Position numbers and translations under genes: made by a program. DNA of 63,182 nucleotides, counting the filler, from Craspedostauros australis (taxonomy: Eukaryota), in the NCBI GenBank assembly GCA_030167865.1. It is 6 parts of 6 records of this genome, joined end to end, with 100 filler letters (N's around TTAATTAATTAA, not from the genome) between each part and the next. Parts side by side here need not be neighbours in the genome. Positions count along the whole stretch, not along the records: positions 27,075 to 55,245 come from JALAGF010000016.1; 5 more parts are not named here. One strand, written 5' to 3'. The notes beneath the pieces were generated by a model. It saw nothing but the letters and a program-made list of their open reading frames with translations, ran no database searches and had not been told where the DNA came from. Positions 46,901 to 55,345 of this stretch are shown piece by piece (within the stretch, counting starts at the first letter, position 1; each line of letters begins with the position of its first letter).

Positions 46901-49613
46901 GTCGCGGTATGTGGAAATGAGAGCGGCAGCGATCGTTATGCAAGCCTCGCAGAGAGGACGTTCTGTCCGAGGCCGGGCATCTCAAAAGAGGCATGCAATC
47001 GTCCGCATTCAGCAGGCGTGGCGTTCGCATGTTGTAGCAAGAGATGTGAAGCATCACGCAAGGCAACAACTGGCTGAAAGGGAAGCGAGAGCAACAGAGG
47101 TGAGGGCCACAGTTGCGGCAACGTTGTTCCAAGCAAGCTGGCGAAGACACCGTGCGAAGCAACATTGGAAGCAGGTTCGTTGCAAGGCGATCCTGATTCA
47201 ATCTACATGTCGCGGATGGTACTCGCGGTCTCAGATCATGCGTACCACCATGCACCGTTCGAAGAGAGAAAATCTGGATGAAGCCGCAAGGAAGATCCAG
47301 GTTGCATTCTTCATGTGGAAGATGGAGCTCGCTCTTTGCGAGGTCAGATCATCGACGGTGCTGCTCCAAAGAAGCCAGAGAGGCCAGCTGTCTCGCACCG
47401 CCTCGAAGTTTGCTCTGGCTCACATGAACAACTCGTTCCGTTCCAGCGTCTACGGCTCCTTCGCGCGGATCGTCGCCGAAAGCCACGTCGGGACGGGATC
47501 CGCAACAGCCCAATGGAATAACGCCCTCATCACGGCCCGTGAACATGCCGCCATCGTACTTCAGAGCTTCGGGAGAGGCCTCGTTGTGCGAAAGGTTGTT
47601 GAAACAGAGCACGGCAGAAGATTCGCCGGTGGTTCGAGAATTCGCATAGAACCGAATCGTGCAGGCCAGGATCGTGCGGCTTCCATCATCCAAAGGACCA
47701 TTCGGGCTTGGTTGCAGCGCATGCGGATCTTCGTGGCGGCTGTTGTCAAGATCCAGGCGCAATATCGAAGACGCATTGCATACAGCAGCTATCAGCGCTC
47801 CAAGAAGGCGATCGAGGCACTGCGAGCACGACGCGAAAGTGCGACGACCCTTGTGCAGGCTTCATGGCGGATGTTTGTTCAGCGCAAGAGGCTCCAGAGA
47901 CTTCGGCACAATGCTGTGACATTGCAGCAGCACTTCAGAAGACATGCGTCCATGAACAGATTCAAGAAATCTCGCCAATCTATTGTGATGCTGCAAGGCA
48001 TCGTCCGCATGTACCAAAACAAAAACTCGTACAATCGGTACAGACTCAAACTTCGGATTGCGCAACGCTGTGTTCGTACAATGCTGGCGCGCACGGCGTT
48101 TTCTCGTCAAGTGGCTGCATTGACTTCGCTGCAGGCGTTGATCAGGAGATGGATGCAACTCCGTCTATACCGCAGGCAACAATCTGCGCTGAGGCTCATT
48201 CAGATGTGCGCACGAGCATCTTTGGCAAGGCGAACGATGGAGCGCCGCCGTCATGCAAAGCATACGTTGGCAAGGTTCTTAATGCGAGCTGTGAAACAGA
48301 GGTGCAGACAGCATCAACTGGTGCGACATAAAGAAGCAGAGACAGAAGAAGCGCAACTTGCTCAGAAGCACCAATACAGCCCAATGCAAGCAATCACAGC
48401 GCTCACAAAGTCATCAGCTGCGGAAGAAACGGTGGTGCCACGAACAGCAGGGCCATCGACCACGATGGAAGTCATAGCAGAGGGACCCCTTGTGCAGCAA
48501 GCCGAGCAATACATCAGAGATAAAAGTGAAAGAGCTGTTGCCACGATGGATCGGGATGACGTTGAGCGTTCGTTCGGTCCGTGCATGGCGAGGCTGATGG
48601 ACAGAGTACGAGCCGCAAGGATCGAGCGCGATCTCCTCGAGGTGGGACAGGACCTGCCATCGTCGTCGACACTGCCACCAACAGTCATAACCGCCATCGC
48701 CGGTCCTGCTACTGCTGCCATCACCGCCGCCGCCTCACCAATACAACAGGTAGCGTTCGAGTCTGCACCCAACGGTATCAGTACAGGTAGCGAGGACTTC
48801 GCATTGGAGACCACGATTGTATCTGGACCCGAGAGTTCGGCGCGGCGAGATCGACTCCCCCTGGAAGGATCGCAGCGGCAACCGCCACTGCCACTGCCGC
48901 ACGCACCAAAATCCCAGCCACCGGCATGCACAGTCACTCCGAAGACCAGCAACGCGACAGTGATCAGACCTCCCGGCGCAAGTGCATTGAGCACAGCGAT
49001 GATAAAGGAAGAGGTCGTGGCTGGAGGACTGCAGCTGCCACAAATCTCCAAGCCGAAGCGAACCGAAGCCATTTTGAAGCCGTTGCATGCTGCTGCCAAA
49101 CCCAAGGGCAGACGGTTGATCGTGCCGTCGAAGGCGTTGACCACGAAACTCGAAGTGGAGCAGCGGGACGTGAACAAGCCTTCTTCGGAACGAGCTGCTC
49201 CTGCCGTCAAATCCGTGGAAGCCACATCCACGAATCCACTCAAGATCGAGACGACAGACACAAGCATATCGGAGCTGGCCAAGCAAGCGCAACTGTTGCT
49301 CCGGGAGGCTCGTCGCACACGTGCGAAACGCGATGCTCGCAAGGCCTTCGGCGCGCAGATACCTTCGCCAGCAGCCGTACGAACGGCAAGTCCCACGGTG
49401 CAGTCGCAAGAAGTCTCGCAACCGCAACAGAGTGGTTCTCCTCACGCAGACTCGCCGCAGTCCAGCGAACAGCAGCAGCCGCGAAAGCCGGGTGGACAAC
49501 ATTCCACCGTGGAGCAACAACCAAATATCAACGGATCCTTCGGAAACGAAAGCAGCCTCCCGTCCCCCATCAAGCAAGCCGAAGATGGTTGGGGTTGGGC
49601 TGATGAGTGGTAA
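37905..49613 (+). CDS. Giant single-exon IQ-motif array protein (ASPM/Asp-like IQ region), ~3,900 aa
   Basis: Uninterrupted 11.7-kb ORF with a Ser-rich disordered N-terminus, then dozens of IQxxxRxxxxR motifs (~40,270-48,300), then a Pro/Ser-rich tail. No CH or ASH domain recognised by eye. Start uncertain. Confidence 0.9.
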   Translation: MPSTPARKPPRSDVGGVASRERVGGSDHASAANMANVANNSTNGDGGTTNTPSRSLMDKLMDLNDSWLAQRSTGTVPSRGLSNSISISGSLSNSFNISMSLSKDEDAPTVASGGNASNAQDSTGTRPLMDKMQLLEQRWTETRSVDSRRTQLNRSAGDTPSLRSRTDIASVVINGSQSSSSSSVSDATKHRPQHLQIDFVDRDGTTGSMVAPPASKIPARSAAASRRGRSHERRGDDGSSIGRSVGRSAHNTGRANATDDDASRSPSSGRGLFVSDIVARYGQNGCSDSDTTSRGTHDDDDDDSPSIGESTISTQPSLERDEKQSVFERLYSQRKPSPRDPSAYTTPRAHNYDSSDSMSTGGSGYKSTRSYTPKMGTAVTRRAKNRLGFFQSSAGKSKAAPSSSGASVTSHKSVPANHSRQRTRLQARNTTATSSSSSNSVRSRLVSPQNSVASTNSRPSPRGSASVGSATDSVDDATIVSVFHRLYKNEKRPDKLWTKPEAMVPVLPSDDGLRISPLSAALPPSFASSTTSSRRGQPKGTMMKSSIPPSSSSIACAASRPRSPTLDDELAAIQHVGNDIQALRDAHRVHSNPSPASANSAIPPPASNGNHDAKAIQAKPAQKSNRSALSVSTAEALDLLASFTVGGDDESSEGLLTPTMFADSDMHFLDHPSISTVNEQSSASDSQSKPPTAPSLAEKVESSIDVSRDNSRDTQASGFLSLDQPSGGLVMEYHGPVNFVAQRVDLLISPQKRRLYRRQGSGSNSSEGDVSAADSEDSLLTPLRLRTAASITIQSAWRRRKADFAILEMLLEEWTVDIFLASTGMIDGTTFIQQYTKIEVLNTAIHQLDCAWLVDGLYEAKGKIIASWEKDIALHYETQGNDLGPQETAAVRSWCQTLQCPAILKPWSKHRLATNLVHLSLELKRRKEMPILRIAAAIFIQAAYRRYRCRCEFVKLQEERALRDIANPPTVVESDEAKRRRATLTLQRWMRLSALKRAITSNPAHQKELTKALLSPASSCASSSSNAFDFADASTILKASYHDLGGSFHSMGSDSLFMQPTDLASPSQFPKMWMESPFDVRMSAVAIHQIVRGYLTSLRIHRRHKKAACIQMQYRRYKRRQNNAAKRHAVQVLQHAVRAFLHRTSSRKAAIVIQRMWRRAMLRNRNERQLLATVRIQSCWRRYACIKAWRDTRRKAIQIQSIVRRHKHRRRYRTGIRGIVMLQKYYRDRKSITSHLSATMIQACWRCHAALNQYSLKSFAVVTIQTALRRYATRRRYLSQQAATTKIQCLVRRAQAKQRCRDHLASIITIQSAIRRWKARTVADFRLVAWIHLQKLYRGRKLRLALRQQALAATLIQQRWRHAYLLSVYAKRCNAALKLQSCWRDQHRRRHLRRRIACIRFQSAFRGYLARQQFKRKVAAVGILQRFSRRVYAKRVASAMIIQSIVRMARLQRQYGGMVLYATQIQAWIRTHQAKSRYHRQRVGIVKLQSVARRKITRSRLRRAHQQRVESATIIQSIVRRWHHRRQYDEIVSGVIQIQTRVRTNHTKRRYHRQRAAIIKLQSVARRRIVQQERRQAHQQQEAFATTVQSIFRRWHQRRKYNKMLLCISRIQARVRTNHTKRRYHRQRAAIIKLQSVARREITQNRLMDAHQQRDMSAMVIQSIVRMIQSRRRYRCISSGATQIQAMVRTRQAHARYNCQRAAVIKLQSLARRGIARGEFARVHTERHASAIKIQSIFRRIRQQRQYRKMALVSTHIQALVRKRQAHAKYHQHRTGIIKLQSLMRSKMMQKDLRITKAALILIQSTMRRYQAHQAFANIKQAATAIQRIWCARRFRRRCIQASIMFQKAGRSFLAKSRWRRSIASISKIQAVFRGWRQWRHYQLITGHDPRQRLLRVWLHRDLLALRRRQDRQNDAANHIQTFWMGAHQRKCYARARASIILLQSHGRKLLACKLYQRKHDAHCHRVANIILIQSAWRAASARDQYMQHRAAIVTLQTMARMWNAKALYQNELTTFRHCTVAATIIQAQVRGSHQRAAYAQAIASAILLQAHSRKRLARKHYRCHVACVALIQSAWRAANAHGRYMHQRAAIITMQTMARAWKAQALYKTKMARFKHCTTAATTIQSQWRGSQVLGQYTYSRASIIMLQSIVRRRLGRCEFHRRCRQRQERMASTLLQSQWRRRTEQVRYHRQKCIIMHMQACVRRKQQLRRYNTLRSHSIAAVVCIQRIQRGIKARKSFRLHIASCVRLQARARAQSTRLRYLRIKRRLIALQCLWRCHSSRSQLIKRRQEHQAMLIQTATRLQACWRRHRATRHYGASLSAIICLQKLARMEAAVREYGLKRSSAMKLQTWGRKLVMMARFVPLLAEYRAMVADKNATTIQSTWRGFAYRKWCLDSLQLVEEGAATTIQSNYRASQVRAMVLLWHGSAMLVQANWRGHVEITTYRACRNGVIEFQRLFRDYCILQHQLEADRIRFDQQSMIVKIAITLPQISAIVASYTSWNTRWVSQTKAARCIQGAWNRHLLRCALKVRAATTVQKYWRSALARDAYARTRASVHMIQSIIRRHLARKVFIRTVACCISIQALFRKAILSKQYYNRKRSAIVIQSWSRYHKQSAIYKRQLSAATLIQASGRALSGRERYLRLLRDRRNRAASVVTRAWSAYHAKQMSRKQRAATLLQSAWRRSFFEHAYTGHKICCIMIQSKYRSHAQRCWFGDLRHAVVKLQSFSRRAQAMRRYSGALSCVVQIQCAARRFITRRRARAARQAATRIQCVARAQLARKRIRTLAVDRLCRTNRLRLSQRAMRRAVIGWVRSRRNRRVVSAIQIQTAYRNMKTRRQHLQSMAATQTIQATVRSWVQRKKYRRSMAAAIRVQSVFRRALCRSQYGRQRDAISHLQAFFRRVLQLHRYRTAKMACSKIQAFVRLRHAQKQFGYMQTQVVTLQSIFRRHLCKRRFAEARAAVSKLQQFARERLHALREDRHRSRIIAMQSLVRRKLATSRYVEMRAAAIVMQASQRGRSVRGRASQKRHAIVRIQQAWRSHVVARDVKHHARQQLAEREARATEVRATVAATLFQASWRRHRAKQHWKQVRCKAILIQSTCRGWYSRSQIMRTTMHRSKRENLDEAARKIQVAFFMWKMELALCEVRSSTVLLQRSQRGQLSRTASKFALAHMNNSFRSSVYGSFARIVAESHVGTGSATAQWNNALITAREHAAIVLQSFGRGLVVRKVVETEHGRRFAGGSRIRIEPNRAGQDRAASIIQRTIRAWLQRMRIFVAAVVKIQAQYRRRIAYSSYQRSKKAIEALRARRESATTLVQASWRMFVQRKRLQRLRHNAVTLQQHFRRHASMNRFKKSRQSIVMLQGIVRMYQNKNSYNRYRLKLRIAQRCVRTMLARTAFSRQVAALTSLQALIRRWMQLRLYRRQQSALRLIQMCARASLARRTMERRRHAKHTLARFLMRAVKQRCRQHQLVRHKEAETEEAQLAQKHQYSPMQAITALTKSSAAEETVVPRTAGPSTTMEVIAEGPLVQQAEQYIRDKSERAVATMDRDDVERSFGPCMARLMDRVRAARIERDLLEVGQDLPSSSTLPPTVITAIAGPATAAITAAASPIQQVAFESAPNGISTGSEDFALETTIVSGPESSARRDRLPLEGSQRQPPLPLPHAPKSQPPACTVTPKTSNATVIRPPGASALSTAMIKEEVVAGGLQLPQISKPKRTEAILKPLHAAAKPKGRRLIVPSKALTTKLEVEQRDVNKPSSERAAPAVKSVEATSTNPLKIETTDTSISELAKQAQLLLREARRTRAKRDARKAFGAQIPSPAAVRTASPTVQSQEVSQPQQSGSPHADSPQSSEQQQPRKPGGQHSTVEQQPNINGSFGNESSLPSPIKQAEDGWGWADEW
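42213..43307 (+). repeat. Five in-frame ~219-bp (73-aa, three-IQ) tandem units inside the IQ gene
   Basis: Unit starts at ~42213, 42432, 42651, 42870 and 43089 (..TCCGCCA.GATCATCCAATCCATC.TCCG). An ~80-bp block is identical at ~42525 and ~42744. Confidence 0.9.
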
Positions 49614-50082
49614 TGCTGATGCTAACACTCTGGCACCGGCGCAGACGCCGGCCTTCATGTGTACAGCACATCCGCTGTTGTTGTTGATACGATCTAGTCC
49701 CGAAGTAATAGTCTGCAACGTTAATCGATTGAATCGATCCAGCGCTTGTCGTTGTTGTTGTTGTCATTTGTCCGACAATTGCGTGAGTGATGCGATTTGA
49801 CGGACACGCTCCGAAAAAAATGTCCGATTTTCGCAAACGAACAAAACGCTTGGCGCATTTGTGGAACGCAACCGAAGAGTGTGCAGCATTTGTTTGAGAT
49901 CGTGTGATCCAAGGCATGAGTATAGCACCGTACGAGTACTCTGTTGTGGCAGACACTCACAACATCCTCCTCAGACACACACAGAGGCACCACAAGTCCA
50001 ACCACACTCTGGTTGCACATTGCACACTGCACACTGAAAGTGCGTGTTCGTGCGCGTCGACTTGACGAAGCTCGCTGGGACC

Positions 50083-53000
50083 ATGGCCGCGGAAGCAGCA
50101 GCGGCGGCGCTGGACGGATCGTTTTCATCGGACTCAGATGACGAATTCCTGACGGTCCGAGATGACGGAAAGAAGTCGCTGGATCGCGAGGCTCTGATCC
50201 GAAAGAAGCTGCTTGAGAACTTCTACGGCAAGTCGGACGATCCCGACAATCACATCCTGCCATCGGGGTCCACGGACGATGATGACGATGACGATTCCGA
50301 CGACGATTACCGCAAGCATGGGCGAAGCGGACGCGCTGGAGAAGGCGACAGCGAGGACCTGGATTCGCCGCATTTCAGCGCGTTGGCGCACACGCGACGT
50401 CACGTGCTGGGCTCCAACGTGCACCAGCTGCTGGACATTGAGGAAGGCCTGGCGTGTCAGGTCCGCAGCTTGGATTCCTCCATGCAGACGCTGGTGTACG
50501 AGAACTACTCCCGCTTCATCGACGGCACGGATGCCATCCGCAGCATCGGGGTCAACGTGGAAGCCAACGAGGACGGCCTCAACCGTCTCTCCAGCAGCAT
50601 GCACACCATCAGCCGGACCTCCAAGGACATTGAGGACACGCTGGGGGAGCTGCGCGACAACGTGGTCGAGAAGCTGCGCGTCAAGCGTCTGCTGCAGCGC
50701 CTCGACACCCTGCTCAAGCTCCCCAAGACGCTCAACGGCTACATCCGCGCAGGCAAGTATCGTCTGGCTGCCAAGTCATACATCCAGGCGTACTCCATCC
50801 TCAGCAAGCATTCCACCGGCTTCGAGTCTTTGCAGCGCATCGAAACGGAGTGCGAGATGATCCTCAACAAGATGGTCGCAGAACTCAAGCACAAGCTCCT
50901 GCATTGGAGTGGACGTCATCATTTGCAGGGAGGCGACGGAGGGGGGTATTCTCACGACAACGATGATTACGACAACGACAACAACAGTCGTGATGATGAT
51001 GATGATGATGAAGAAGATCTCGATGCCGTCATTGAACTCAACGATGGTGCGAATGCCGGTGGAGGCGCCAAGCGTGGTGGCGAAGCGGCGGGAGAGACGG
51101 AAGAATTACCCATGCCGAATCCACCCAACAGCATCGCCGAAATATTCGAGTGCGCTGGTACGCCCATTCTCTTGTCGCAGTTTGGCGGCAACACTGCTGG
51201 CAATCCTCAATCTGCAGGCAGTCAGGATGGCGATGGAAGAGCTCAGGCCACACAAAAGGCACGCGTCGTGGTCGATCTGACGATGGAAGAATGCAAGGAG
51301 ATGGCGCTGGCAGCCTCGCTGCGTCAATTCGAAAGGATATTGGACACCCATCACATCGAATTGCAGGAAGCCAGAATGGGCGGAGCTATGTCCATGGACT
51401 TTGCCGATCCCACCGCCAACGTGCCGCAGCTCGCAGAGCCAACCAACAATGATGACCGCAGCCCCGAGAGTCTCATCCCCACCATCGTGCTCGACTCCAT
51501 CCTCGAAGCCACCAGCCTCTTTGCCTCCAACTTTGCCGTGGATAGAGTCACCTCCGACCACGACACGCAGTGCTTATCGGATTTCGTTTCGGAAGCATTT
51601 GGTTCCTTCCTCTACCACTGTCGTGGAGAGCTCCTTGATCGAACGGTCATGTCCAAGGCCGGCAGCGCCGCATTCCATGAACTCGAAGCGTACGGTGAGA
51701 CAAAGCCCACAAGCAGCACCGATGACGATGATGCCAAGCTGGAGGAGGAAGATGAGCGTGCTTATGAAGACATTCTGATGGCCCTCAACTCGTTGCTCGC
51801 GGCGGTTCGGCAACTGTCTTCCGGTCTGCAATCTTCGCAAATTGAATTCGATGAAGACCTCACAACGAGCCTCGTGGATCAGACGGTGGGGCTCACCGAG
51901 ACCATGGTGAGACGGAGGGTCGATCAAAAGTTCTACGCGTTGCGTCTGCGTGTCGTCAAGGATTGCTTCGCACCATTCTGCGACCGTGCATCGGAGGAAG
52001 AGAAGACTGAGACACCATCGCCAGATGGTGGCCAAGTTCTGCAGCTGGTCCAGATGGCAAGTATCGCTCTGTCCGATTCGCTCCAGCTCGTCGATGACAC
52101 GGTGCGAAGCATCCTCGGTGCGCCATCCGACGACACGGAGACCTCCGCAACCACCACCACCGACACGTCCATGCTCAAGCCAGCAGTGGAGGCCAGCACC
52201 AGGAAGTTTGCGTCGTGGCTGGCATCAGCCATCGAAATCCTTGCGGGGTGCGAATCCGGCCATGCCAACACCATGCTGGAGGTCAAATTCGAAGCTCTCG
52301 AAAACAACGACCAGCCAGACATGAACGATATCCTGCAGCTCACAACACACATCAACACAGCCCGGGACGATGTCAGCGAGTACTCCGCCGAAGGGCAGAT
52401 GGAAGCCATCGATCTGGTCGATGATGCGCTGTACGACTTGGTGGGGAAGCTCGACGCATCCAGCAAGCGCAACGTCCGACTGGATGTCACCCTCGCGTTG
52501 GCAGAGATGAGCCGCGTTGCGGAGCGCTCGGTCGTTGACAACATCGAGCAATGCATCGCAACCCACAGCGGCACTGGCAAGCAACGCAAGACGAAGGGAA
52601 TGTTCCCCAACGACGCCATTCAAGATGACGCGCAGGCGACATCGGAGTCATCACCGTCCAACCCGATGGCGCTCCGATTCCGGCTGGCCGCATCCCGTGC
52701 TCTTGGCATCTACGCGACCTCTCTAGGTTATGAGGCCTCGTCGCTGCTGTGCTCAGATATTCCTCAACTCACCTCCGATGAAGCACCCGATCCAGTTGGC
52801 CCGACCATATCCGCTGTCGACATGTTGGCGTTGGTGAAACAAGCGTCCGTGGATTGCGCCGATCTGTTCGGTGGGCCCAAAAGCGCCGCCCCGATGCCGG
52901 ATGAGCTGGAGGATCAGTTCTCCTTGCCAGGTGTGGGTGGAACGCGCTCTGGATTGGTCTTCGACGTCGAACGCATGCTCACCGAGAAGGTTGAGATTTA

Positions 53001-53403
53001 CCCGCATCCGCAGGAGATTGCGCACTTTACGAAGAATTCGATCGTCGCCACCATCTTCAAGGTGGCGTTCAAGAACGTCGCTGAGATTCTGCGCTTCCAC
53101 CAGCTGTCGGCGGCAGGGTACCGCCAGCTTCTTGTCAATTGCGAGTTCATGAAGTTCCTCCTTGTTCATTTCGTCAAGGACGAATTCATGACGGAGGGAT
53201 ACAACGCGCCGGCCGTCCTCGAACGCCTCGTCTCCGACACCTGCGCTGTTGGGCTGGATACCTGCAAGGAGCGCGAGTACTTCCTCGACGAAGACTCTGA
53301 CGTGCTGGTGAACGAGGCGAGGTCGGCAGTTCGTGCGTTCATGACCGAAGAAGGGGGAGACGCTGGCAAGGTGTCAACGTTTGCTATCCCAAAAGAGGAG
53401 TGA
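50083..53403 (+). CDS. VPS51: Vps51/Ang2 subunit of GARP/EARP tethering complexes
   Basis: LLENFYG...DLDSPHF...LDSSMQTLVYENYSRFIDGTDAIRSI...LLQRLDTLLKLP; C-terminal DVERMLTEKVEIY...IFKVAFK...EILRFHQLSAAGYRQLLVNCEF. Confidence 0.88.
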   Translation: MAAEAAAAALDGSFSSDSDDEFLTVRDDGKKSLDREALIRKKLLENFYGKSDDPDNHILPSGSTDDDDDDDSDDDYRKHGRSGRAGEGDSEDLDSPHFSALAHTRRHVLGSNVHQLLDIEEGLACQVRSLDSSMQTLVYENYSRFIDGTDAIRSIGVNVEANEDGLNRLSSSMHTISRTSKDIEDTLGELRDNVVEKLRVKRLLQRLDTLLKLPKTLNGYIRAGKYRLAAKSYIQAYSILSKHSTGFESLQRIETECEMILNKMVAELKHKLLHWSGRHHLQGGDGGGYSHDNDDYDNDNNSRDDDDDDEEDLDAVIELNDGANAGGGAKRGGEAAGETEELPMPNPPNSIAEIFECAGTPILLSQFGGNTAGNPQSAGSQDGDGRAQATQKARVVVDLTMEECKEMALAASLRQFERILDTHHIELQEARMGGAMSMDFADPTANVPQLAEPTNNDDRSPESLIPTIVLDSILEATSLFASNFAVDRVTSDHDTQCLSDFVSEAFGSFLYHCRGELLDRTVMSKAGSAAFHELEAYGETKPTSSTDDDDAKLEEEDERAYEDILMALNSLLAAVRQLSSGLQSSQIEFDEDLTTSLVDQTVGLTETMVRRRVDQKFYALRLRVVKDCFAPFCDRASEEEKTETPSPDGGQVLQLVQMASIALSDSLQLVDDTVRSILGAPSDDTETSATTTTDTSMLKPAVEASTRKFASWLASAIEILAGCESGHANTMLEVKFEALENNDQPDMNDILQLTTHINTARDDVSEYSAEGQMEAIDLVDDALYDLVGKLDASSKRNVRLDVTLALAEMSRVAERSVVDNIEQCIATHSGTGKQRKTKGMFPNDAIQDDAQATSESSPSNPMALRFRLAASRALGIYATSLGYEASSLLCSDIPQLTSDEAPDPVGPTISAVDMLALVKQASVDCADLFGGPKSAAPMPDELEDQFSLPGVGGTRSGLVFDVERMLTEKVEIYPHPQEIAHFTKNSIVATIFKVAFKNVAEILRFHQLSAAGYRQLLVNCEFMKFLLVHFVKDEFMTEGYNAPAVLERLVSDTCAVGLDTCKEREYFLDEDSDVLVNEARSAVRAFMTEEGGDAGKVSTFAIPKEE

Positions 53404-53655
53404 ATAGGTAAAGGAGAGGAAATCAAATTACGTCCTGCGCAAGACTCTCAACAGCACTTTGGCTCGTATTGGAGCAACGAATGCGGCTCGCGCGAGTATG
53501 GCATGGTACAGCCGTGACCAAGAAGGGCAGTTTGTCATGGTTGCACAATACGGTATAACGTGCATGATGTGTTCTGGCATTCAGGTACCAGAGCATTAGT
53601 ACAGTAATTATGAGGACCACTCAACGCCACATGATGTTCGGGAGTACACTGTGTG

Positions 53656-54777
53656 CTACAGTATTGGTATGTCCGTCGAAGATGGCATCTGCTGATACGA
53701 GGACATGTCGGAAGATGGCAGATCCACCGCATTCAATGCTTGGTCCGCCTCCGGCCTGTTTCCGCGTTGCTGGCTGAAGAACAGTCGTTTTTGGCTGGCG
53801 GTGGCCGTGACCTCATGTTGCAGGTCTTGCCGTATCGCCGCAATGACAGCCTCTGCCAAGCCGCCGACCTTGATATCGTGCGGACTGTCACCAAACGGTT
53901 GTGCCAGCTTGATGGAGACCAGCTCCAGCCCGACGAATCCGTACGTCAGAAAGAAGAGGAACAGCATCGCCGTCCAGACGCCCGAGAATGGCCCTTCCCG
54001 AAGCACGAGCGGCATCGTGAAGGTCCACAGGAATAGAAATGTGCGACCCATCTGCACCAACGACAGCGGTATCGACGTGGATGCCAGGTCCAGCAAATGA
54101 TTGTACTTTTGCATGAATTCGTTGAGTTTGTTCAGCAAGGTGATACGTTCCAGGAGCTGCAGATGCAGACCGTCGTAGATATGCAACCGCAACGACTGCA
54201 CCATCGTCAATGGATCCACCACCTTCGTGAGATCGGGCAACCCGTCGGCTTCGTTGCGTGCTAAGTAGCATGCCACATGCGAGTCCTGCACCACCATCCT
54301 CGTCTGATCGATGATGCCAATCGTCTTGTGCGCGCACACGGTTTGCCATCGATGGATGCTCTGTGCGTCCTGCGCAAAGACGTTTCCTGTGCTTTGCTTG
54401 CCGACGCTGTGCGCGCTGCCGCCGTTGATGCTGGCATTGGAGAAGGTCGCGATGAGCTGATTGAGTTCTCGCAAGCTCAGAAATGCGGATCCGACCAAGC
54501 TCCTTGCTAGCTTGAAACGTTCGTACGCCAAGTTGACCTTGGAGATGACGAGGAAGGACACCAGCAAGGTCATCAGACCATGGCCGTTGGGCGAGAAGCC
54601 GATGCGCCACTTGCAGCTGTCTTCCAGAAATTCCACGAGACCCAGCAGGAAGCAATTGAGGATGCAGAATGGCAGCACCGCAAACACGACGTTGCCTTCG
54701 AATTGGAAAAGCACGCCCCACAGCGTCATGGCGCTGCTGCGGAAGCTTGTCGTGTTGAGACTCCGTCGCTCCTGCAT
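53656..54777 (-). CDS. Bestrophin-family (UPF0187/RFP-TM type) anion channel
   Basis: Four TM segments with motifs LLVSFLVISKVNLAYERFKLAR, IPLSLVQMGRTFLFLW and GLELVSIKLAQPFGDSPHDI. No plastid leader. Confidence 0.88.
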   Translation of the reverse strand: MQERRSLNTTSFRSSAMTLWGVLFQFEGNVVFAVLPFCILNCFLLGLVEFLEDSCKWRIGFSPNGHGLMTLLVSFLVISKVNLAYERFKLARSLVGSAFLSLRELNQLIATFSNASINGGSAHSVGKQSTGNVFAQDAQSIHRWQTVCAHKTIGIIDQTRMVVQDSHVACYLARNEADGLPDLTKVVDPLTMVQSLRLHIYDGLHLQLLERITLLNKLNEFMQKYNHLLDLASTSIPLSLVQMGRTFLFLWTFTMPLVLREGPFSGVWTAMLFLFFLTYGFVGLELVSIKLAQPFGDSPHDIKVGGLAEAVIAAIRQDLQHEVTATASQKRLFFSQQRGNRPEADQALNAVDLPSSDMSSYQQMPSSTDIPIL

Positions 54778-54816
54778 GGTCTTATCACAATTGCTTTCAA
54801 ATCGTCATTCGAGTAT

Positions 54817-54852
54817 GGATGGATGGATGGATGGATGGATGGATGGATGGAT
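54817..54852. repeat. (GGAT)9 microsatellite just upstream of the bestrophin ATG
   Basis: Perfect tetranucleotide repeat 40 bp from the start codon. Confidence 0.95.
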
Positions 54853-55245
54853 GTCAGGGTCAACTGTTGGATGTGAGCTGTACGATCTATTGCATGTACA
54901 ATACCGATGTGACTTGGTGGAAACTTGCGCTTTGCGATTGACGATGCCGATCGATCGTCATTGTTGGGAAAGTCCGATGCAGATTTTGGCGCCAACGTTT
55001 TGGCGATTTGTGTCAATGAAGGCACTGGTCTAGCTTCTTGTCATCATCGTGAATCAGACGCAGCACATGGGACTGGAATCTTTCCAAGGACAGTATCTTG
55101 CGCTTGGGACACATCGTGGTGGCGCCCTTCTTGTTTCGCGACAACAAGGACTCCTTGCCCTGGGAGGTTGCGGTATTGTTGGGATATCGCACCGTATTTC
55201 GGACATTATGCCGTATTGTCCGATTTTGAATACACATTGATCGTA

Positions 55246-55345
55246 NNNNNNNNNNNNNNNNNNNNNNNNNNNNNNNNNNNNNNNNNNNNTTAATTAATTA
55301 ANNNNNNNNNNNNNNNNNNNNNNNNNNNNNNNNNNNNNNNNNNNN
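55246..55345. other. Assembly gap with linker
   Basis: N run with TTAATTAATTAA. Confidence 0.97.
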
